A stretch of DNA of 64,000 bases from Mytilus edulis. Lineage: Eukaryota. A program made the position numbers and the translations under genes. The stretch's first letter is position 1, and each line of letters begins with the position of its first letter. Below, piece after piece: positions 13,005 to 22,486 of this stretch. Below the pieces are notes generated by a model. It was not told the DNA's origin. It did not search any database and saw nothing but the letters and a program-made list of their open reading frames with translations. Where the stretch lies: contig NC_092350.1 in assembly GCF_963676685.1 (NCBI RefSeq), forward strand, positions 29,946,001 to 30,010,000. Direction: 5' to 3'.

Positions 13005-14630
13005 TGTAAGGCATTGGAAGTACTTGTTATGATATTATAAATTCAGAAAAAGGAAATATTATTCTTTTAAACATAACGGTTGTGTTCTTACGCATAGTAA
13101 CTTGGCTCGCACGAGCAAGTAAAACATTTTTTTTAATCAAAGATATGGCATTAATTTACTATTTTTATGTATGGATTTCACAGGCCAAAGTTTCATTTTG
13201 TTGTTTACCAAATATAAAGGGGGGAAGCATTTCATTAGCTAAAACATAGTTTTACAAGTTAGGTGTGTACATATGTTGGTACTAGGGTGATAATTATCAA
13301 GTTTATCAAATTTTTAATGTGTAAAACACTGGAAGTGAAATGAATTTTTCATTTGTTTACATTTTTGTTGTACAAGTGTTACGGCAGGGAATGTATGTAA
13401 TTACTCATGGCTTACCTTCTACATGCTATATATCATGTAATTCCCGTATTAAGGATCATTTCTTGTAACCAAATATTCATATTTAAACGTCTAATATGCC
13501 TGATATACATAGGAAAATACTTCAATCGAATTGTTTATTTACGGAGACTTTGTCGTCTGCCATTTTGTGGGGACCGAAACATGTGTTTTGATATCTTTAA
13601 ATACCAATTCGTCCCCTGGACATTTGATCTAATATTGTATTTTTAATACCACAGATAAGAGTTTTAATAAGTATACCCTGCCGGACACAAATATATTGTA
13701 AATATTTAGATGGTTGAAATGAACTATGTTGTATGTTATTTACGTATTATGTAATTACGCAGATCGTCTGCTAAATCAATGCGCGCGCAGTGGTGTCCGA
13801 TTGTTTATTTCAAGCTTCTTTGTCGATACTTCAGATGCTATAGCTTTGTTTTGATATTTTATGTATAAGGACAATGTTCGGACAACTTAAGATGATATGT
13901 ATATCATGTTTTTCATTATCTGAAATTTTTATAGTTCCGGCTTCCCGGAAAGGACAAGTTTCCATTGGATTAGTATGTCACGTGACAATTACAATTTAGT
14001 ATATAAACGCGCGAGCACTCAGCAATAGCAGATAGCCCAAAGTTTTGCTGGCGGCAAGTTCAAACCTTGAAAAACAAATAAAGCAACAATAACCTTTAGG
14101 TGAGAATAAGGATAACATAATGAAGTTTAATGATATTTAATTAGCCGTCTTTTGTACAGTAAGCTATCTCCCACCACGTCGGACACCACAAATATGTATT
14201 TAAGGATTTATGATTCAGTACACTTGAACGCAACTGTTTATTTATATAGTTTTACGATGTTATAATGTTACATACTTTTAACAGTGAACAAATAAAAACT
14301 GTTAACATTGGAAAGATAACTTTATTTTATTGAACTTGGACACATACAAAAAGCACATGAATTTACACTGATGAAAACAATAGATGTTGGAGGACGCTCG
14401 TTCAAACATAAAAACTATGGAAAGCCGTTAGGAACAAAATTAGCTCAGTAACACTCGAATACAAGGGATTGCTCAATACATACATATTAAACATTCCGAA
14501 GACCATACCTGACAAGTAATTTGGGAAGTTTAATACAAATGTAGAGTAGCTACATGAGTCACACACTGTATTTAAGTGTTATTAAAGTAAACTACCGAGT
14601 ATAGGACAGGATGCTCTCGGGTGGCTTACA
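13005..14630 (+). repeat. 5' LTR
   Basis: Direct repeat of 22487-24112 (offset 9482). Only one difference was spotted by eye (GCAATAGCAG vs GCAATGGCAG). TATAAA at ~14003, AATAAA at ~14077 and ~14292. Confidence 0.98.
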
Positions 14631-14633
14631 ATT

Positions 14634-14651
14634 TGGTGTCAGAAGTGGGAT
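14634..14651 (+). promoter_or_regulatory. Primer binding site complementary to tRNA-Leu 3' end
   Basis: TGGTGTCAGAAGTGGGAT, 3 nt after the 5' LTR, is the reverse complement of the metazoan tRNA-Leu 3' end ATCCCACTTCTGACACCA. Confidence 0.9.
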
Positions 14652-14808
14652 GCTAAAATTCTAATTAGCATCCAGGATACGAACCTTGGAATAACCTGTC
14701 AACTTAAAAACGTGGTTTAAGCCCGACGTGGTGGATTTACTGTACAAAAATTTATTATAACTATAAAATATGAAACAACAAATAAAATAAAAAGTCTTTA
14801 TTTAGAAT

Positions 14809-15873
14809 ATGGCTGATGCTGGTAGGAACTCCCCAGACCCTGAAATAAATTTCCGTATGGAAAGGGATTTAAATTTAGATGACTTAGGACAAGGGGATCA
14901 AATACACACTGATGACAATGACGACTTTGATAGGGAATCAATTTTACAAGGTCATGGTGATGAAGTAGATCAGAGACATAAAGGACGGGATGAATATCAG
15001 AGACATGATTTTGACGATAGGAATGGTAGGGGTAATCATAATATGCAACCAATTGGCCCACCAAAGGTAACACTTAAACCTGAGCCCTTCTCTGGTAAGG
15101 ATTGTTGGGAGGAATACTTGTCGCATTTTGAGGACTGCGCTGAATTGGGACAATGGGGAAACCGTACAAAACTGTTGTTTTTGGCAGCTAGCTTAAGGGG
15201 CCAAGCAAGGACATACTACATGAGCTTGTCTGCTGGCGACAGGCGCACATATCAAATGCTAACACAAAAGTTAGATCAGAGGTTTGGGAGTTCAAAACAC
15301 AAAAATCGTTGGCTCTCAAAGTTAGAGATGCGCAGGCGCATGGCAGGGGAAAGCATAGCTGAGGTGGGGGATGATATAAGGCAACTAGCGCAAAAGGCGT
15401 ACTATGACCTGGACCTAGCAGCGCAGGAGTCTCTTGCATTAAACCAGTTATTCAAGGTAATAACTGTGGAGATGAAATGTCGTTGTATTGACAAGGAATT
15501 CCACACAATAGCAGACGCTGTTGATGTAATAGAGAGGTATGAATCAATATTGGGGGATCAAGACAAAAAGAAGTCAACAATGATCAGAGCTGTGGAATCC
15601 AAGGACACCGAAGGACACATGAGTGAAAAGGATTACCATAGCAATTTGCAGGAATTACAAGATAGGATAGCAAAGCTGGAACAAGGACATGGAAGTCGGG
15701 AATCAAAGAGGGCAAATACTGGCAGATGCTACGGATGTAACTCCCCAGACCATTTTATGAGGAACTGTCCACACAAAAACAACCAAAGAGCTAGAGGGAA
15801 TTTCCAGGGCAACCAAAGACAAAATACCTCTTTTAATCACAACCAGGGAAACGACAGAACGCTGGCTCAATAG
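14809..15873 (+). CDS. gag: Gag (capsid + CCHC zinc knuckle)
   Basis: 354-aa ORF after the PBS with the KPEPFSGKDCWEEYLSHFE retrotransposon gag motif and zinc knuckle CYGCNSPDHFMRNC. Confidence 0.95.
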   Translation: MADAGRNSPDPEINFRMERDLNLDDLGQGDQIHTDDNDDFDRESILQGHGDEVDQRHKGRDEYQRHDFDDRNGRGNHNMQPIGPPKVTLKPEPFSGKDCWEEYLSHFEDCAELGQWGNRTKLLFLAASLRGQARTYYMSLSAGDRRTYQMLTQKLDQRFGSSKHKNRWLSKLEMRRRMAGESIAEVGDDIRQLAQKAYYDLDLAAQESLALNQLFKVITVEMKCRCIDKEFHTIADAVDVIERYESILGDQDKKKSTMIRAVESKDTEGHMSEKDYHSNLQELQDRIAKLEQGHGSRESKRANTGRCYGCNSPDHFMRNCPHKNNQRARGNFQGNQRQNTSFNHNQGNDRTLAQ

Positions 15874-15906
15874 GTCGTGAGCTAGTGACAGAAGATAAAA
15901 GGCCTG
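15846..15906 (+). promoter_or_regulatory. Predicted -1 programmed ribosomal frameshift signal (slippery heptamer + pseudoknot)
   Basis: G GGA AAC at 15846-15852 is in the gag frame; pol is in the -1 frame and open from 15837. After an 8-nt spacer come stem GCTGGCTCA/TGAGCTAGT and loop AGGTC, which can pair with GGCCT at 15901-15905. Confidence 0.8.
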
Positions 15907-18900
15907 ATATGAAGGGAGAAAAACATGTCCGGACAGGACATATAGGGGAAACAGATGATAATTGGGATAACGGGTTTTATACAAATGGATTAATTTTTGG
16001 GTTTCCTGTCAACTTTTTAATTGACAGTGGCTCAACAGCGTCAATATTATCTATTGATGTTTACGAAAAATTGCCTTCAAATGTTTGGTGTTCTTTAGTA
16101 CCAAACAAGTCCGAAATATTTGACGTTAATGGCAATAAGGTTTTTGCCATTGGATCGATCATTTTAGAACTAATGCTTGGTCAAGAAATTTTCAGTCAAA
16201 ATTTTATGATATGCAATATCAATCAGGATGGAATACTTGGACAGGATTTCTTACTAAAGGAAGTTAGTAAAGTAAATTATCAGCGCATGGTCTTGCACAC
16301 GATCCACAACCAGGAAATACAATGTTGGATTGGAGGGAAGGCAAATATGATTTGCAGAGTAGAAATTAAGGACAACATGACAATTCCTCCAATGACGAGT
16401 ACTATGATGCCTGTAGAAATACCGGGAGTCAATCATTTAACAGAATACGGATTAATAGAGGGCACGACAGGAACAGCCAAGTCTACATTAACCATACCTG
16501 GGATTATAAATACACAAGACCAAGTACACTTTGTTAATGTTGTCAACTATGGTGACGACGAAGTTAAACTGTATAAAAAGGAAACAATAGGAACATGTGA
16601 ATCATATACTGAGCATGATTTGAAACCAGAGCAGATTAGAACACTACAGAAAGATTGCTTTACAGCTAGTGAAGAAATACCAGAACATCTTACTGACTTA
16701 TTAAAAAGGAGTTCAACTTATATAAATGAGGACCAAAGACAACAACTCTCCAGACTCCTTTCACAGTACCAAAATGTATTTTCAAGGACAGATGATGACA
16801 TAGGGAGGACAGACCTTGTAACACATAGAATAAATACAGGAAATGCAGTACCCTTTAGGCAGAGATCTAGACGTATGCCACTTGGAAAGCAAGAGATGGA
16901 AAAATCAGAAGTCAATCGGATGTTGGACAAAGGAATCATCGAACCATCTTCTAGTCCTTGGGCATCAAATATAGTCCTTGTAATGAAGAAAAATGGCAGC
17001 CCTAGGTGCTGTGTTGATTACAGAATTTTGAATGACGTCACGAAAAAAGATTCCTACCCGATTCCGAGAGTAGACGAGTGCCTCGACTCGCTCGCTGGAG
17101 GAAAATTCTTCGGATCAATGGACTTAAATTCAGGATTTTGGCAAATCGGCATGGCTCCTGAAGACAAGGAAAAGACCGCATTTCTGACAAGTTTAGGGTT
17201 ATACCAGTTCACTGTCATGCCCTTTGGACTTGCAAATTCACCATCTACTTTTGAGCGTCTGATGGAAAATGTTCTCAGAGGGCTACAGTGGAAAGAACTA
17301 TTACTCTACATGGACGACATCATATCAATAAGTTCTACATTTGAAGAGGGTCTTGGGAGGCTAGAAAGAATCTTTATACGTCTACAAAATGCACATCTTA
17401 AATTGAAACCTGCCAAATGCATTTTCTTTCAAAAACAAGTTAGGTTCCTTGGGCATATCGTGTCCGAGGAGGGAATTTCCACTGATCTAGAGAAAACAAA
17501 AGCAATAGATGACTGGCCTGTCCCTAAATCTGCAAAACAGGTGCGCAGCTTTTTAGGACTTTGCTCTTACTATAGGCGATTTGTTAAGGGATTTGCAGCA
17601 ATTGCAAGACCAATGCACAAAATTTGTGAAAAGAATAGCCGTTTTGCTTGGAATGATGAGTGTCAAAAGGCATTTCAACAGTTGAAAAGCGCTTTAACAA
17701 GTACACCTGTACTTGCCTACCCACTGCCAAATTTGCCATTCATACTTGACACAGATGCAAGTGATAAGGCTGTCGGAGCAGTGTTGTCACAAATTCAAGA
17801 TGGTCTTGAACGAGTTATAGCATACATGAGCAAATCTATGAACATACATGAACAGGCATACTGTGTAACCCGAAAAGAGCTACTTGCTGTAATTATAGCA
17901 CTAAAGACATTTCATCATTATCTATATGGTCAGGAAGTTTTGCTGCGCACAGATAACGCAGCTGTATCATGGATGAAAAATCTAAAGAAACCCACTGGTC
18001 AAACAGCCAGATGGCTCGAAGAACTGGGAACTTACAATTTGACAGTAACACACAGAGCTGGAAGGAAACACTCAAATGCCGATGCTCTGTCCAGAAGACC
18101 TTGTAAATCATGCGAGAGACAAGAATCTGGAAACCACGCAAGCGACGATGAAACAGACGAAATCCAACTTGAAGAAACTGATTTTGTTAACCAGGAGTTA
18201 CACGAAAATGAAGAACCAACACCAAGAATAGAAATAGTACGAGTATGTACAAGAAGTCAGACAGGAAATCAGTATAGTGCTACACCAAGTGGTTACTGCA
18301 TTGATGGATGGGACCCAGATAGTATCAGACAATGCCAATTGGAAGACCTAGACATGTCACTCATTGTGACATATCTTCAAGAAAAGAAAAATAAACCTGA
18401 CTGGGACCAAGTATCAAAAGGAACATCATTCCAGAAGACAATATGGCGACAATGGGATAGGCTAACAATAAACAATGGCATGCTTTATAGAAAATTTTAT
18501 TGTTCTGATAAAGACGATGTAGACAACTTCAAATTGCAGCTCCTGGTACCAAAATCACACCAAAAGACAGTCTTCAAGTATTTTCATGACGTTCCATCTG
18601 CAGGTCATTTAGGACCAGATAAAATGCTAAGTAGGATCCAGCAACTCTTTTACTGGCCAGCTATGAAAAGCTCCATCACAAGGTACTGCAAGGAATGTGA
18701 CCAGTGTGCTGCTAGGAAATCACTGAAGCGGAACAAGGCTCCATTGGGTCAATACTTGGTTGGCGAGCCTATGGAACGTGTGGCGATTGATATTCTTGGT
18801 CCACTTCCGTTAACAAAACGACAAAACCGCTATGTTCTGGTCCTTTGCGACTGCTTTTCTAAATGGACTGAAGCATATGCTATTCCGGACCAGGAATCCC

Positions 18901-19658
18901 TGACCATTGCCCGTACCATCGTGAATGAATTTATTTGTAGGTTTGGTTCACCATTACAGCTCCACTCTGATCAAGGAAGGTCTTTCGAAGCAAAGCTGTT
19001 TCAAGATCTGTGTGATCTACTTAAAATTGACAAAACTAGAAGTACAAGTCAACATCCCCAGTCCAACGGAAGCGTAGAAAGATTTAACAGAACACTCCTA
19101 AGCATGCTAACATTTTATTGTCAAAATGATCAGAGAAACTGGGATGAGATTTTGCCACAGGTTATGATGGCATACAGATCATCAGTTCACGCCAGTACAG
19201 GACAGACCCCTAACATGATGATGTTTGGCAGAAACATATTTCTTCCTATGGAAGCTGTTATTCCACGTCCTGATGGACCAAACGAATCCACTTCCCCTGA
19301 AACAGATAAATATGTAAATGAATTACAGGACGCAATGTCAAAGTCACATGTACTTGCTAGGAAACATCTTAAGCAGAATTCTGAGTATCAAAAACGTCAC
19401 TATGACTTGAAAGCAGTAAAGCGCGAATTACAAGTAGGTCAAGCTGTATGGCTTTATGATGCATCGAAGAAAAAGGGAATTTGTCATAAGTTGACATCAA
19501 AATGGAAAGGACCATATGTTGTTACAAGGAAAATTGACGACATCACTTACCTTGTGAGAAGGTCAAAGAAACAGCCAGGGAAGGTCTACCACATTGATAG
19601 ACTACTGCCCTATCAAGGACGGAATCCGCCCACTTGGTTCTCCAGTAGGAAGGTTTGA
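15885..19658 (+). CDS. pol: Pol polyprotein: aspartic protease, reverse transcriptase, RNase H, integrase (probably translated as a Gag-Pol frameshift fusion)
   Basis: Protease FLIDSGST; RT MPFGL and YMDD; RNase H LDTDASD/ELLAV/RTDN; integrase H-H-C-C, AIDIL/HSDQG/VERFN and KWKGPY. Uninterrupted 1257 aa. Confidence 0.98.
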   Translation: MTEDKRPDMKGEKHVRTGHIGETDDNWDNGFYTNGLIFGFPVNFLIDSGSTASILSIDVYEKLPSNVWCSLVPNKSEIFDVNGNKVFAIGSIILELMLGQEIFSQNFMICNINQDGILGQDFLLKEVSKVNYQRMVLHTIHNQEIQCWIGGKANMICRVEIKDNMTIPPMTSTMMPVEIPGVNHLTEYGLIEGTTGTAKSTLTIPGIINTQDQVHFVNVVNYGDDEVKLYKKETIGTCESYTEHDLKPEQIRTLQKDCFTASEEIPEHLTDLLKRSSTYINEDQRQQLSRLLSQYQNVFSRTDDDIGRTDLVTHRINTGNAVPFRQRSRRMPLGKQEMEKSEVNRMLDKGIIEPSSSPWASNIVLVMKKNGSPRCCVDYRILNDVTKKDSYPIPRVDECLDSLAGGKFFGSMDLNSGFWQIGMAPEDKEKTAFLTSLGLYQFTVMPFGLANSPSTFERLMENVLRGLQWKELLLYMDDIISISSTFEEGLGRLERIFIRLQNAHLKLKPAKCIFFQKQVRFLGHIVSEEGISTDLEKTKAIDDWPVPKSAKQVRSFLGLCSYYRRFVKGFAAIARPMHKICEKNSRFAWNDECQKAFQQLKSALTSTPVLAYPLPNLPFILDTDASDKAVGAVLSQIQDGLERVIAYMSKSMNIHEQAYCVTRKELLAVIIALKTFHHYLYGQEVLLRTDNAAVSWMKNLKKPTGQTARWLEELGTYNLTVTHRAGRKHSNADALSRRPCKSCERQESGNHASDDETDEIQLEETDFVNQELHENEEPTPRIEIVRVCTRSQTGNQYSATPSGYCIDGWDPDSIRQCQLEDLDMSLIVTYLQEKKNKPDWDQVSKGTSFQKTIWRQWDRLTINNGMLYRKFYCSDKDDVDNFKLQLLVPKSHQKTVFKYFHDVPSAGHLGPDKMLSRIQQLFYWPAMKSSITRYCKECDQCAARKSLKRNKAPLGQYLVGEPMERVAIDILGPLPLTKRQNRYVLVLCDCFSKWTEAYAIPDQESLTIARTIVNEFICRFGSPLQLHSDQGRSFEAKLFQDLCDLLKIDKTRSTSQHPQSNGSVERFNRTLLSMLTFYCQNDQRNWDEILPQVMMAYRSSVHASTGQTPNMMMFGRNIFLPMEAVIPRPDGPNESTSPETDKYVNELQDAMSKSHVLARKHLKQNSEYQKRHYDLKAVKRELQVGQAVWLYDASKKKGICHKLTSKWKGPYVVTRKIDDITYLVRRSKKQPGKVYHIDRLLPYQGRNPPTWFSSRKV

Positions 19659-20209
19659 GATGCCTTTCAACGTTGTTTGAATAGCCGAAATTAGTTGTAC
19701 AAGTTGTTACGTTTTTAATTGTTTTGATGAGTTACTATGTTTAAGAGTAACTGTTTGACTTTTCTCAGACTGGAGAAAGTCATGATGGAATTCCTAGAGT
19801 TGGATCCACTCTGGAAGAATATGTAAGGGAGACAAATGGCCATTGTTTCTCAGGACATATTATTGGCTGTAAGGGAAGGATGAATCTTCCTGCCAGGGGA
19901 ATGGCAGATTAAACTACTGCCAAGCGTTTTTTTTGTATGCGCAAGCTGCGCGGCGGAAAGCAATTAACGACAACTTACTGTCTTGAGGAGGCTTGAGATT
20001 TTTGAAATAGGGAGACCAAGGGGGTGGATATCATATTTTTAGACTGAAACTTAGCTTGATCCATTTACTACCAGCATATGCCATATGGGGGGAGGATTTT
20101 AAACACACAAACAAATATAGTCACACTACAGGACACTACATGATATTATGTATTGTATTAATATATGTTGTATGGTGGAGGGATTTATAATTGATGATTC
20201 AATTTCAGA

Positions 20210-22391
20210 ATGAGACCATCATCCCAAATTGAGGCAAAGTGTTGGCTGTGTCCCATGACGTTTAGGACAAGGAGACAACTGAAAAATCATCTGGCAGCTG
20301 CCCCACACAAAAGGCTTTCGGTCATTTGTGTTTGGTGTCCTGAAGAGAAGTCCTACAGGAGGATGGTTGACCTTAAGGAGCATGTCATGGCTCACCACCG
20401 CAGTAAAATAGAACTGATGCCTTATAGCTTCCTGAGCGAAAACAATGGGTTTTGGATGGCAAACTACCCAGAGACATATGCTAAGGTAATCCTACCATCA
20501 AATGAGAATTCGCAGGAAGCAATGAAAGCCAGGATTGAGGTTCTGGAATTTTTAAACAGGGTGGACAACACCAACAGAAAGAAAGAGGAATGGACTCTAG
20601 GGTGGAAGTGTCCGAAGGAGATGGTAAAAGGTACACAAGAAGAAGAGGTTGAGTCGGAGAAACCCAATGGATCTTACTCACCAACACGCCCCACTATTTA
20701 TGAAGGGCTGGCCCTCCAGCAACTAACTTTGGGACTTGGAGACTCTACAGCCATTTTTAAATTGGACCTTGGAGTTTCTATAAGATTTTATATGATCCAT
20801 TTGAATGACTCCGTTCTTAGAGACCAAAAAAATGCTTGACGCTCTAATTAGAAGGATGACAGCACTAGTTAACACAAAGTACGCAGGCTCACATACCTTC
20901 TCTGTCTCGATAGACGGAAAACTAAAATCTATAGTGGCTCCTGTAGTGGCTAGGAAATTATCCATAAAGGAGGAGTATATAATGGATATAAAAACATCAG
21001 GCGAATTATTCCCAGGAAAACAGACAAAAGCCGCCACAAATCAACTATCACCACTGAAAACACCATCAACATCTGACATCATTTTGGAAGACGACAGCGA
21101 CAATGAAGAACCAGAGATTTTAGAGGAACCAACAAGCCAGAAGAAGGGTAGAAAGACGACCGAGAAAGAAGAAGAGAGATATGTAGAGAAAAGAAAGAAA
21201 AAGACTAACCACCAGGAACAGAAGGCAAAGAAAATAAAGAAAGGAAAGGATTACAAGAAACAGGATGAGGAAATGACATTAACAGAGGAAGGACAAAAGA
21301 GAACGGAAAAATAGGAACAGGAGGAGATCAAACGGAAAGAGGAAGAACATAAGAAGCGGGAAACACAGAAACAGGAGGAGGAAGTCCGACTAAAGGAAAA
21401 ACAGGAACAGGAGGAGATCAAACGGAAGGAGGAAGAACATAAGAAGCAGGAAACACGGAAACAGGAGGAGGAAGTCAGATTAAAGGAAGCAGAACAAAAG
21501 AGAAAGGAAAAACAGGAACAGGAGGAGATCAAACGGAAGGAGGAAGAACATAAGAAGCAGGAAACACGGAAACAGGAGGAGGAAGTCAGACTAAAGGAAG
21601 CAGAACAAAAGAGAAAGGAAAAACAGGAACAGGAGGAGATCAGACAGAAGGAGGAAGAACGTAAGAAGCAGGAAAAACAGAAACAGGAGGAGGAAGTCAG
21701 ACTAAAGGAGGCAGAACAAAAGAGAAGGGAAAAACACAAACAGGATGAGGAAATTAGAATGAAAGAGGAAGAACTAAGGAAACAGGAGGAGGCAGAAACC
21801 AAGAGATTAGCAGAAGAAACCAGGTCAAATGAAGCAGAACTAATGAGACTACAGGAAGGAGAGAACCTGCAAAGTGAACAGTTTTACACTGCCAGTGAAA
21901 GAGCAGACAAACTTTTAAGGAGAGGTGGGATGCCACTTTTCCCAGCTGGGAGGAGGGAATGGGAAAAAGAAGAAATCGTAACTTTGATTACCATACCAGC
22001 TGAAGTGAAATGGCCCCCGAAGAACTGGAAAAACATGACCCCTGAACAAAGATATTTCAATTGGGAGTATGCTAGCATTGCATTGGAGTTAAACACCGGG
22101 AAACAGCTTCAATTTTCAAAGGAGGAGCTTCTATTAAAGTATCACTTTTTGGCACTTCCAGGCACGAAAACCCCACAATCAACAGAGGGCAATACAATGA
22201 CAGTTAAGTCTAGATACTATCTGTACCAAGCAATTGCCAATATCATTAAGAGTAAAACAGACGATCCCACCACCTTACAATTGCTTGATATGATTGAAGC
22301 ATCATCATCAAAGAGAGACACATCAACAGACATTATCTTGAACAAAATTGATGCAGTGGGTGTACAACTTAGACTTGGTGAAGACCAATGA
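20210..22391 (+). pseudogene. Accessory ORF3 of the Gypsy element: two C2H2-like zinc fingers, E/K/Q-rich coiled-coil repeats, unknown C-terminal domain; interrupted by one frameshift and one TAG
   Basis: ORFs 20210-20839, 20805-21314 and 21759-22391 join into ~725 codons if one A is removed from the A7 run at 20826-20832 and TAG 21312-21314 is read as CAG (sister repeats read AAA CAG GAA CAG). Motifs CWLC-x12-H-x5-H and CVWC-x13-H-x3/4-H. Confidence 0.7.
21305..21795 (+). repeat. Purine-rich coding tandem repeat (~108-bp unit, EQEEIKRKEEEHKKQETRKQEEEVRLKEAEQKRKEKQ-like)
   Basis: About 4-5 imperfect copies of CAGGAACAGGAGGAGATCAAACGGAAGGAGGAAGAACATAAGAAGCAGG... Confidence 0.85.
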
Positions 22392-22472
22392 AGAGAAAGA
22401 CAATTTATGAACAATTCTTTTAAATAACATAGTTATACTGGTTTTTTTAATTCAGGAGAATTAATATATATT

Positions 22473-22486
22473 GAAGTTGGGGGAAG
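22473..22486 (+). promoter_or_regulatory. Polypurine tract
   Basis: GAAGTTGGGGGAAG immediately before the TG of the 3' LTR. Confidence 0.8.

Noticed and set aside
13407-13646. 79-aa ORF present twice (also 22889-23128)
   Set aside because: Duplicated only because it lies in the LTR; no recognisable motif or coding signature.
21251-21802. 183-aa Ser/Cys/Phe-rich minus-strand ORF
   Set aside because: Antisense shadow of the purine-rich E/K/Q repeat on the + strand.
20210-22391. env gene of an endogenous retrovirus
   Set aside because: No signal peptide, fusion peptide or transmembrane segment; the composition is that of a soluble charged protein.
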